Shown here piece by piece: positions 56,755 through 64,000 of a stretch of DNA of 64,000 nt. Made by a program: the position numbers and the translations under genes. Under the pieces are notes generated by a model, which saw only the letters and a list, made by a program, of their open reading frames with translations, did not search any database and was not told the origin of the DNA. Positions within the stretch are counted from its first letter, which is position 1. Every line of letters starts with the position of its first letter. Source of the DNA: Gemmatimonadota bacterium (GTDB taxonomy: Bacteria > Gemmatimonadota > Gemmatimonadetes > Gemmatimonadales > GWC2-71-9). The stretch is from positions 1,907 to 65,906 of the forward strand of contig JBDGZZ010000003.1 of NCBI GenBank assembly GCA_039588335.1, read 5' to 3'.

Positions 56755-56813
56755 TGGCCTTCAGGAGGTGAAACCCGGGCAGCCCGATGTAACCGACGCA
56801 ATGAGTACAGTCT

Positions 56814-59360
56814 CTAGAACGTAACCGTCACACCTCCGATGACGCGCCGGGCCACTACCGACCCACCGTACAAGTGGAACCGTTGTTGATCCAGCACATT
56901 CGTCGCCAGCGCATGCACTCGGAAATTGGGATTAATCTGGAAGCCGGCGCTCAGGTCGATGGTCTGGCTGGACGGGATGGTGCCTCCGAAGACTCCTGCA
57001 GCCCACTCGTAGCTGTCCACGAACCTGGCCATCACGCTGGCGTCCACGCCTCGAGTGCCACGGTACGCAACGGAGAGATTCCCTTTGTGTTTAGGTGTGT
57101 TCGGCAATAGCACGTCCTGCTGCAACTGCTCCTTCACGTCGAACTCGAAGAACGTGTAGGCACCGTTGATCTGGATCTCGTCGGTCGCTTGGACGCCGAT
57201 CCCAACTTCGATGCCATACTCGTCCACTTTGCCAGCATTGCCGTACGACAGCACGATGGCGGTGCTCCCGTCGTCGCGGCGCGTGAGCGCTCCTGCCGCC
57301 AGCGTCTGGCCTGCTGCGGTCAACTGGTCCCGGACGGTCTGTTCCACAGTCTCACGGAACGACTCGGGGACCGCCTCAGGCGCGGCCCACGGCCCAAAAG
57401 TGTTGATGCCAGGAATGGGACCCGGTAGCAGATCGGTCACGAAATCGGTCAACCGACTATAGTAGCCGTCGATCGTGATGAACGCGCGCTCGGCGATCAG
57501 CCCCTTGTAACCCACCTCGAAGCTGGTCACATGCTCGACATCGAGATCCTCATAGCCCAACGCGAGCACCGGGACAGCGCTCGAATTGGTGAACAGCTCG
57601 CCGCTGGGAACTCCCGCCAAGACGGGACCAAGTGGGGACGCCCGCAACCCGGCTTCGAGGGCGCTGAAATCTGCGGGCGGGCCCAGCGGTACCCTGAGGA
57701 AGAACTCGCTGTAGTTGGGTACTTGAAACGCCCGATTCACCGTGAACCGGACCGAGTGTTCCTGTGTAGGGCTGAACACAACCGCGCCTTTGGGGGAGAA
57801 CTGCCCGTCATACAGATCGCCGTTGTCGTACCTGGCGGCGCCAACAACTCGGAGCTGCGGGGTAACTTCGAACTCGACCTGCCCGTAACCCGAATAGAAC
57901 AGGTCGCTTCGATCGTCGTTTACAGCCTCCATGAGGGTCTGCTCGGTGTCGACCCTGTAGGTCCGTATCGACGCCCCGACCACGATCCGGGCCAACCCGT
58001 CCAGAAAGGTGCGGTTGTACTGTGCTTCCCCATGAAGGATGGTCGATGTCTCCTCCAAATCAAGGCCAGACAGCATTGACACTTGTGGATCGATCGACTT
58101 CCTGCCGGAGTACCACCCCATCACGTTGAAGTTGCTTGTAGCCAAGGCGACGCGCGCCCAAGGGCGAAGTGCTTTCGTTACTTGCACGCGCCCGATACCT
58201 GTCACGAAGATCTCATTCTCGACCTGTGCGGCGCCACCCTCCGCCGTCACGACCGATCCATCCGCGGCATAGTAGTCGAGGCGCGCCGAGCCGTAGATGT
58301 TCTGGAGGTGGTCTGGGTCGCCGGTCGCAGCGCCGGGCGTTGATGCTTTGGCCTGTCCGCTGAGCTGGGCGAGTTCGAAACCAGGGGCGGGAGTGTTGAC
58401 CGACTCGTCCGTAGCGTCCGCATACTCGGTTTCGAGGTCGCCCACGTTGGTGCGTGAACGCGTCCAGCTGTTGCTGCGGTAGTAGCCGGCGTTGACGCGA
58501 TACCCAAAGCGGTTGTTGGGGGTCACGCCCGCATGCCGCAGGTCGCCCCGGACGGTGGACAGCTCACCGCCGGCCAGAGAGAGCTTGGTGCCCACGACCT
58601 CCCGCGCGGTTGGGGTCGTGATGCTAAGCACGCCACTGAACGCGTTGGCCCCGTACAGCGCCGAGCCTGGGCCACGCACCAGCTCGATCCGACCCATATC
58701 TTCGAGCGGCAGCGAGAGTGCGTTCCACTCCTGCGATCCAAGAAAGGCGATCGCGAGATCCCGACCGTCTTGTAGCACGAGAATCCGCCGGTTGAGCGAC
58801 GAATTGAAGCCGCGGGTGTTGACGTTGTAGTCGTTGACGCCGCTCTGCACCACGTCCGCGCCCGGTAGCGAGGCTACCGCCCGAGGGGCTTGACCGGTGA
58901 CGGAGAGTGCACGGGCCGATGGGATGTCCACCACGGCTACGGCAGCTGGCGCCTCGACCAGCCGTTCCGGCGCACGGGACGCGCCCTCCACCACGACTTC
59001 ACTGAGCTGGATGGGCCGTGCCTCGAGAGCCGCGCTCAACGTATGGGTCCCGCCGGCGGTGACGGTCAGGTCCACCTCGTGCGGACGGTAGCCGACCCAT
59101 CGGATCACGATGGTCTGTGGGCCCGCGGGCACGTTCGAGAGGGCGTACTGCCCACTTCGGTCGGTCACCGTGTTGATCCGCGTGCCCCTGACAGTCACGG
59201 TCACACCGCTAAGGGCCGTTCCATCGTCGGCACGGGTCAGGGTGCCCTGCACGGTACCTTGAGCGCTCACTATCGCGGGAAACGCCGAGATCAATAGCGC
59301 GATAGCCACCGTGAGCAGCCACACCTGCGGATGTCGGGCTCTACGTGGGACCTCCTTCAT
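56814..59360 (-). CDS. TonB-dependent receptor with N-terminal carboxypeptidase-regulatory-like domain
   Basis: Start at ATG 59360 (AAGGAGG 6 nt upstream). Signal peptide, GTLTRADDGTALSGVTVTVRGT...TDRSGQYALSNVPAG (CarboxypepD_reg), plug (IELVRGPGSALYGANAFSGVLSI), long barrel ending ...GGVTVTF. Confidence 0.9.
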   Translation of the reverse strand: MKEVPRRARHPQVWLLTVAIALLISAFPAIVSAQGTVQGTLTRADDGTALSGVTVTVRGTRINTVTDRSGQYALSNVPAGPQTIVIRWVGYRPHEVDLTVTAGGTHTLSAALEARPIQLSEVVVEGASRAPERLVEAPAAVAVVDIPSARALSVTGQAPRAVASLPGADVVQSGVNDYNVNTRGFNSSLNRRILVLQDGRDLAIAFLGSQEWNALSLPLEDMGRIELVRGPGSALYGANAFSGVLSITTPTAREVVGTKLSLAGGELSTVRGDLRHAGVTPNNRFGYRVNAGYYRSNSWTRSRTNVGDLETEYADATDESVNTPAPGFELAQLSGQAKASTPGAATGDPDHLQNIYGSARLDYYAADGSVVTAEGGAAQVENEIFVTGIGRVQVTKALRPWARVALATSNFNVMGWYSGRKSIDPQVSMLSGLDLEETSTILHGEAQYNRTFLDGLARIVVGASIRTYRVDTEQTLMEAVNDDRSDLFYSGYGQVEFEVTPQLRVVGAARYDNGDLYDGQFSPKGAVVFSPTQEHSVRFTVNRAFQVPNYSEFFLRVPLGPPADFSALEAGLRASPLGPVLAGVPSGELFTNSSAVPVLALGYEDLDVEHVTSFEVGYKGLIAERAFITIDGYYSRLTDFVTDLLPGPIPGINTFGPWAAPEAVPESFRETVEQTVRDQLTAAGQTLAAGALTRRDDGSTAIVLSYGNAGKVDEYGIEVGIGVQATDEIQINGAYTFFEFDVKEQLQQDVLLPNTPKHKGNLSVAYRGTRGVDASVMARFVDSYEWAAGVFGGTIPSSQTIDLSAGFQINPNFRVHALATNVLDQQRFHLYGGSVVARRVIGGVTVTF

Positions 59361-59587
59361 AACTGCCTCCTTGGCGGGGGTCAGTGAGTCTACCAGAAGC
59401 CATAAGATGCAGCGGACAAGCCGGCTGTGCGAGGGTGCCGCCAATCCGGTGGGCCAGCGCTCGCCGACCGGTTCATGCCGCTCTTGCAGGTTAGAGATGG
59501 ATGTTTGGTATGGCCTGCCTCCTCACGCCGAGTTTGGCTGGCCACAATGGCTGGGCGCCGAGTAGGCTCAGCGCCGAAACGTAGAAA

Positions 59588-59677
59588 CGGAGAGGGAGGG
59601 ATTCGAACCCTCGGTAGGGCTATTAACCCTACAACGGTTTAGCAAACCGCCGCCTTCAGCCACTCGGCCACCTCTCC
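59588..59677 (-). tRNA. tRNA-Ser (anticodon GCT)
   Basis: GGAGAGG TG GCC-GAGTGGCTGAA-GGC G GCGGT-TTGCTAA-ACCGT, long variable arm TGTAGGGTTAATAGCCCTACC, GAGGG-TTCGAAT-CCCTC CCTCTCC G. CCA is not encoded. Confidence 0.9.
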
Positions 59678-59782
59678 TGGACTCCGGATGACACTCCCTG
59701 AGCCGGATTCGAGAGTTCGTAATCTTAATGAGAGAGGGGACCATTACAAGGAGTGGAGTTAGGTCCTGGGGTCGTGCTGTGG

Positions 59783-61222
59783 TCAGAGGTGCTCTCTTCC
59801 GTCTTCCCCTTCGATCTCTCTTGCCTCGTCGGTTTCGTCACCATCCGTCCCGCGCTGCTTCTCGTCTAGGTCCACGATTGGATTTGGCTCCTGCAATCCT
59901 TCCAGTATGTCGTCCAGCACCAGGACGGGCCGGTCAGGGCCGCGGTCGGCCGTAGCCTCAGCGGGTGCAGGCGCGGCAGCCATGGCAAACTTGCCAAACC
60001 ATGCCTTCATGGCCGGCTTCTCCAACAGCCCGTGCTCGATCCAGAACACGAGCGAAGCGCAGTACAAGATACTGAAGAATATCGCGGCGTAGACTGTGCC
60101 CTGCACAATGGTGCCGTCGGTAACGCCCACTCCCACTACCAATGTGGCCAGAACTGCAGATGCGAGGCCCTTGGGAATCAGGACTGACATGAGGGCCGCG
60201 TCTCTCCGTGCGGTTATCTCGGGGGCGAGGAGCCTCACTATCGGCGCACGCGCGACCATGGCGAGGGCGGCAAGCACAGCGCCGACCGTGACTACGCGCC
60301 AGTCGTCGAAGCGCATCGAGAGGCCGAGGTAGACGAAGAAGAAGGTCTTTATGAGGAATACCGCCTCCGCGAAGACGGATTTCTCGCGGTCTGCGAACAT
60401 GGAGAGTCTGAAACTGAAGATCTTTCCGAAGTACTTGTCCGGTATGTTCGGGAAATTTGCGACCGCGATTCCGAAAGCGAGGGCAGCGATGGCGCCGCTA
60501 TATCCCAGTAGCTCGGTGATCCCGAAGAGGATGAAGACGTAGGCGAAGGTGGTGAATACCGTGTTCGGGAACTGGCGGATCCGGTCGAGCACGGCAGACC
60601 AAAAAAACGCTCCGGCGATGCCGACGGCTCCGGCAACGCCGAACGACAACGCCAAGCTCACCATCAGGGACTGTCCGTCCACGCTAGCACCGCCCGAAGG
60701 AGCAGTAGCCAGGGCCTGACCGAGGGCAATTGCAAAGACGATTATCAACACGTCGGTCAGTGCCGACTCGAGAAATAGGATCGTGCTCGGCTTGGGGGCC
60801 ATTCGGAGGGTGCGAACGAGCGGGACCACGACTGCGGCCGAAGTGCCACTCAAGATCGTGCTGATCAACAGGGCTGTCAGGTAGTCGACTGGAAGAAGAA
60901 GGTCTGCCACCAATCCCAGCAGCATGACCGTGACCAAGAGGGTGCTCAGTGAGATCGCGAGCGTCTCTGCGGCAGCCTCGCCCAGGTGTCTCACATTGAG
61001 GTGAATGCCACCCTCGAACAAAATGACGATGAGCGCGAGGGCAAGGAACACGTTACCGACTCGGCCGAAGTCCTCGGGCTCGACAATGTCCAAAACGGGG
61101 CCGAGAACGATGCCTGCCAACATGAGAATGAGGACGTCCGGAACCTTTGTCCGCTCGAAAAACCCGGCCAGCAGGTGGCCGAAAAAGATCAGCAGCCCTA
61201 TGCTAAGGATGGTTACGGCCAT
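59783..61222 (-). CDS. Cation:proton antiporter (Na+/H+ exchanger family) with acidic cytoplasmic tail
   Basis: About 11-12 TM segments. N-terminal LLIFFGHLLAGFFERTKVPDVLILMLAGIVLGP, typical of the CPA family. Confidence 0.85.
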   Translation of the reverse strand: MAVTILSIGLLIFFGHLLAGFFERTKVPDVLILMLAGIVLGPVLDIVEPEDFGRVGNVFLALALIVILFEGGIHLNVRHLGEAAAETLAISLSTLLVTVMLLGLVADLLLPVDYLTALLISTILSGTSAAVVVPLVRTLRMAPKPSTILFLESALTDVLIIVFAIALGQALATAPSGGASVDGQSLMVSLALSFGVAGAVGIAGAFFWSAVLDRIRQFPNTVFTTFAYVFILFGITELLGYSGAIAALAFGIAVANFPNIPDKYFGKIFSFRLSMFADREKSVFAEAVFLIKTFFFVYLGLSMRFDDWRVVTVGAVLAALAMVARAPIVRLLAPEITARRDAALMSVLIPKGLASAVLATLVVGVGVTDGTIVQGTVYAAIFFSILYCASLVFWIEHGLLEKPAMKAWFGKFAMAAAPAPAEATADRGPDRPVLVLDDILEGLQEPNPIVDLDEKQRGTDGDETDEAREIEGEDGREHL

Positions 61223-61246
61223 GGGTTGAAGATATTTGGTGATTGG

Positions 61247-61275
61247 AGAGACGGTAAGTAGACGGGGAGCAGGGA
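61247..61275. repeat. Solo partial copy of the GACGGTAAG-unit element
   Basis: gagacggtaa gtagacgggg agcaggg in the divergent intergenic region. It resembles the inner left arm of element A (…aaggaacggg caggg). No convincing right arm. Confidence 0.4.
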
Positions 61276-61304
61276 GCAGATGTCATTCCGTCCAGGAGGA
61301 AACG

Positions 61305-62417
61305 GTGGATTCAAAGCGCTTTTCTATTGCGACGGCTGCAATCCTCGCCTCGGCATGTGTTGGCGAACAGATGTCCCTGCAGTGGATCGACCTGGCGAAC
61401 GAGACAAGACGTCAGGTAGTCGTTGACAAAGAAGAAGGCCAGTATCTGGGCCACCCAACTACGGTTCTACTGGAAGACGGCAAGACGATTTTCACCGTCT
61501 ACCCCAAGGGACACGGTAGTGGGGCAATAGTATTGAAGAAGAGCACCGATGGCGGACTCACTTGGAGCGAGCGGCTGCCCACCCCGGAAAACTGGGCCAC
61601 CTCCCAGGAAGTGCCGACCATCTATCGCGTCATCGATCCGCGTGGTGTGAGGAGGCTCATCATGTTCTCGGGCCTCTATCCGATAAGAATGGCTGTCTCG
61701 GAAGACGATGGAACGAGCTGGTCAGCGCTCGAGCCCATTGGCGCGTTCGGTGGGATCGTAGCCATGGCGTCAGTGGAGCGGCTGGCGAACGGTGATTACA
61801 TGGCACTGTTTCACGACGACGGCCGGTTCCTGAGAAACTCAGGCGAGAGGTCGGCGTTCGAGGTCTACAAGACGATTTCCAGCGATGGTGGACTCAACTG
61901 GAGCGAGCCTACGATAGTTGCAACTCATGAGTCGGCTCACCTGTGCGAACCCGGTTTGGTGCGTTCGCCCGACGGACGGCAGATTGCAGTCCTGTTACGA
62001 GAGAACAGCCGGCAGTTCAACTCTTTCGTGATGTTCTCGGATGACGAGGGAGAAACCTGGTCGGAGCCAAGAGAGCTACCGGCGTCTCTCACTGGTGATC
62101 GTCACACCGCCAAGTATGCCAGGGATGGGAGACTCTTCATCACCTTCCGGGATCAGGCCACAGAGAGCCCTACGAAAGGCGATTGGGTCGCCTGGGTGGG
62201 CACCTACGATGACATCTTAGATGGTGGAGACGGCCAATACCGCGTGCGATTGATGGACAACAAGAAGGACGCCGACACTGCCTATCCGGGCTTGGAACTG
62301 TTACCGGACGGGACGTTCGTCACTACCACGTACGGCCACTGGATTGAAGGGGAGGACCCCTACATTGTAAGTGTGCGGCTCAGGCTGGAGGAGCTGGACG
62401 AAATGGCGGGAGGTTAG
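61305..62417 (+). CDS. BNR/Asp-box repeat lipoprotein, sialidase (GH33)-like beta-propeller
   Basis: Start at GTG 61305 (AGGAGG 6 nt upstream; lipobox ILASAC). Four Asp-boxes: STDGGLTWS, SEDDGTSWS, SSDGGLNWS, SDDEGETWS. Confidence 0.75.
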   Translation: MDSKRFSIATAAILASACVGEQMSLQWIDLANETRRQVVVDKEEGQYLGHPTTVLLEDGKTIFTVYPKGHGSGAIVLKKSTDGGLTWSERLPTPENWATSQEVPTIYRVIDPRGVRRLIMFSGLYPIRMAVSEDDGTSWSALEPIGAFGGIVAMASVERLANGDYMALFHDDGRFLRNSGERSAFEVYKTISSDGGLNWSEPTIVATHESAHLCEPGLVRSPDGRQIAVLLRENSRQFNSFVMFSDDEGETWSEPRELPASLTGDRHTAKYARDGRLFITFRDQATESPTKGDWVAWVGTYDDILDGGDGQYRVRLMDNKKDADTAYPGLELLPDGTFVTTTYGHWIEGEDPYIVSVRLRLEELDEMAGG

Positions 62418-62872
62418 GCCGATTCCGGGAGTTCGGGCTTCGTTGGCCCGAGATCGATTCCGTACCGCTGCTGAAACAACTTCGTGAACGTCAGTCCGCA
62501 TTCGTCGCACATCGTGTACGGCTCTTCCATCGGTGTGGCACATACCAGACAAGCCTGCTCCGACTGCCCTGCGTGCCAATCGGGATTCAGGTTCTCTCGG
62601 TCGAACTCGAGTTCACGTGACGGCCAGATTGGGCGCCAGGGTGGCTTCTCAGCTGTGGTACTGACCGGTACGCCGTTGTTGCCAGATGCTCCGTGTCGAC
62701 GCCACCATATTTCGGCGAAACAAGACAGATCCAAGAAGTGCTGACGTGTCTGCTGATCACTAATGGGATTTTGGGGGATGGCACTGTCATCCCGGGTCAG
62801 CGGGTACGCCACGCGGTCTTGCCTCGGGGTGTACCGTACTCGTCCGTGTTTCTCGTCTATCAGTTCGATCAT
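62414..62872 (-). CDS. Hypothetical protein with C-terminal CxxC...CxxC zinc-ribbon-like motif
   Basis: 152-aa ORF with non-repetitive, coding-like composition. CLVCATPMEEPYTMCDEC. Its 3' end overlaps the convergent sialidase-like gene by 4 nt. No family recognised. Confidence 0.4.
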   Translation of the reverse strand: MIELIDEKHGRVRYTPRQDRVAYPLTRDDSAIPQNPISDQQTRQHFLDLSCFAEIWWRRHGASGNNGVPVSTTAEKPPWRPIWPSRELEFDRENLNPDWHAGQSEQACLVCATPMEEPYTMCDECGLTFTKLFQQRYGIDLGPTKPELPESA

Positions 62873-63268
62873 GGACAGTATGCTCGGGTTGCCGGTCGTG
62901 CTACACGCTCACATGCAGAATCTGCTGAACGACGGCCTGACTCTCTGTGGTTTGGGTCACTGTCGGAACCGGTAGCAGGAAAAGGTGAGGTGGGTCACTA
63001 GTGGGGATGGACGCACGCCGGATGCGGCTCGCATCCGGCGTGATGGTCACGGAGGGCCGGGGACTCGGACCCCGATGGGATTGCTCCCGGCGTTTTTCAA
63101 GTTCGCCAAAGTCTTTTGCGTTTGGTTGCGTCTGGCTCTATCTGCCCATCGTTCTTAGAAAAGAGGACGGGGCCCTTTGCGTCTGACTCCGTCCGTATGC
63201 ATCTGTCTGCGGGCTTATGTGCCCAAGAATGTGCCCAGGTTTTGACAGCACGGGGTACGGCTCGTAAC

Positions 63269-64000
63269 TCAATTCCCCACCTTCGCCTTCAACTCCTCGA
63301 ACCAGTTCACCACGATCCGCACCGGGATGATTGGGACGCCACCAACTTCAGTCTCCGAAACCACCGAGGGCACTCCTCCGTTTGTGATCGGTGCTCTCAT
63401 TACGCTGATACCATCCCGGTAATAAATGGCAGATCCCTCGGGTGCCCAAACAGGCTGGGTGCCGCCCCCGGACGAGACTATCTGCTGCGTCTCGGCCTCC
63501 GGGAACGACCGTATGTAGACCTCTGGGATGCCAGACTCGTCAGACACGTATGCAAGCCACGCCCCGTCTGGCGAGATTGTACCACTGGTCTCATTCCAGT
63601 CGGCTCGGAGGTAATCCGAGAAGCCGGTGGTGTTGTCGTTCCTTGGGGTCATGAGCAGCATGTCACGTCCCCGCTCTTGCGTTTGCACTTCCACAAGGAG
63701 TTGCGTGCCGTCAATCGACAGTGCCAGTGGGTGATCATGATCTTCGCGATGGTATAGTGGCTCCTCGTCCTGTGAGGCGTCAGCAAGCCTGCGGAACCCG
63801 TCGTAAGAGGCAGAGGCATCGGTGTAGCCCGAGTAGTAGACATACCGGCCGTCTCGCGACCACCAGGGCGACCTGTAGTTACTTCCACGGGTGAGCGGGA
63901 AGTTGGCACCTGTCACTCGGTCGTAGATCCAGATCTGTCGACCGTTTTCGTATGCGAGCTGTCGGCCGTCAGGTGGCGAGAAGCGCGGATGGTTGAGGTC
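63269..64000 (-). CDS. PD40/TolB-like beta-propeller protein, C-terminal part (N-terminus outside the window)
   Basis: The frame is open beyond the ORF-track Met to position 64000 (…FSPPDGRQLAYENGRQIWIYD…). PD40 repeats (WSRDGRYVYY, ISPDGAWLAYVSDESG). C-terminal VNWFEELKAKV. Confidence 0.7.
   Translation of the reverse strand, partial: DLNHPRFSPPDGRQLAYENGRQIWIYDRVTGANFPLTRGSNYRSPWWSRDGRYVYYSGYTDASASYDGFRRLADASQDEEPLYHREDHDHPLALSIDGTQLLVEVQTQERGRDMLLMTPRNDNTTGFSDYLRADWNETSGTISPDGAWLAYVSDESGIPEVYIRSFPEAETQQIVSSGGGTQPVWAPEGSAIYYRDGISVMRAPITNGGVPSVVSETEVGGVPIIPVRIVVNWFEELKAKVGN

Noticed and set aside
56538-56760. tmRNA or an intact or intron-containing tRNA ending in the tRNA-like T-arm/acceptor fragment
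   Set aside because: There is no matching 5' acceptor strand; the best candidate, GGAGAGA at about 56750, pairs only 5 of 7. I found no GGAUUCGAC-type tmRNA 5' motif and no plausible tag-peptide reading frame ending in ...LAA. A length of about 210 nt is also too short. It fits better as a duplicated tRNA-Ser 3' end.
56472-56813. T-box leader regulating gltX
   Set aside because: There is only an 8/12 resemblance to the T-box core. I could identify no specifier-loop or GA-motif arrangement and no terminator/antiterminator pair with a U tract before the start codon.

Overview
High-GC (over 60% by eye), gene-dense bacterial chromosomal segment. I call about 57 CDS and 2 tRNAs. I see no rRNA, CRISPR array, transposase or integrase.

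Content is mostly housekeeping:
- Translation: rpmE-prfA-prmC, rpsF-rpsR-rplI, rplY-pth, ychF, gltX, rsfS, rsmI, tRNA-Gln and tRNA-Ser.
- Other core functions: smc, tmk, prs, ispE, pdxJ, DAHP synthase, trxA and a membrane pyrophosphatase.
- Envelope and secreted proteins: S41, S8 and M28 peptidases, a LolA-like protein, a SPOR protein, a TonB-dependent receptor, a BNR sialidase-like lipoprotein and PD40 propellers.

The domain repertoire feels like Gemmatimonadota or another FCB-group lineage (QNFPNPF-type C-terminal sorting domain, PD40 proteins ending in VNWFEELK, CarboxypepD_reg TonB-dependent receptor). That placement is inference only.

Nothing here is a recognisable defence or mobile system. 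The observations I would follow up are:
1. An unbroken chain of eight stop/start-overlapping genes (40433-52780). It embeds a four-gene cassette of conserved unknown envelope proteins and a helicase with an N-terminal JAB/MPN (RadC-like JAMM) domain fused to a DinG/XPD-type Fe-S helicase.
2. A family of long imperfect palindromes built from ~10-nt GACGGTAAG-like units. These elements supply the last codons and the TAA stop of three flanking genes.
3. A near-identical copy of the tRNA-Ser 3' end about 3 kb downstream of the tRNA. The pair brackets only a TonB-dependent receptor gene, an att-like footprint with no integrase.
4. Two essential genes (pth, rsfS) whose conserved N-termini lie upstream of any canonical start codon and in frame with the preceding gene's stop.
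5. A 1099-aa protein combining an MA-type metallopeptidase, PD40 propeller repeats and an Omp85 barrel.

All functional calls come from reading motifs in the translations. No searches were run.
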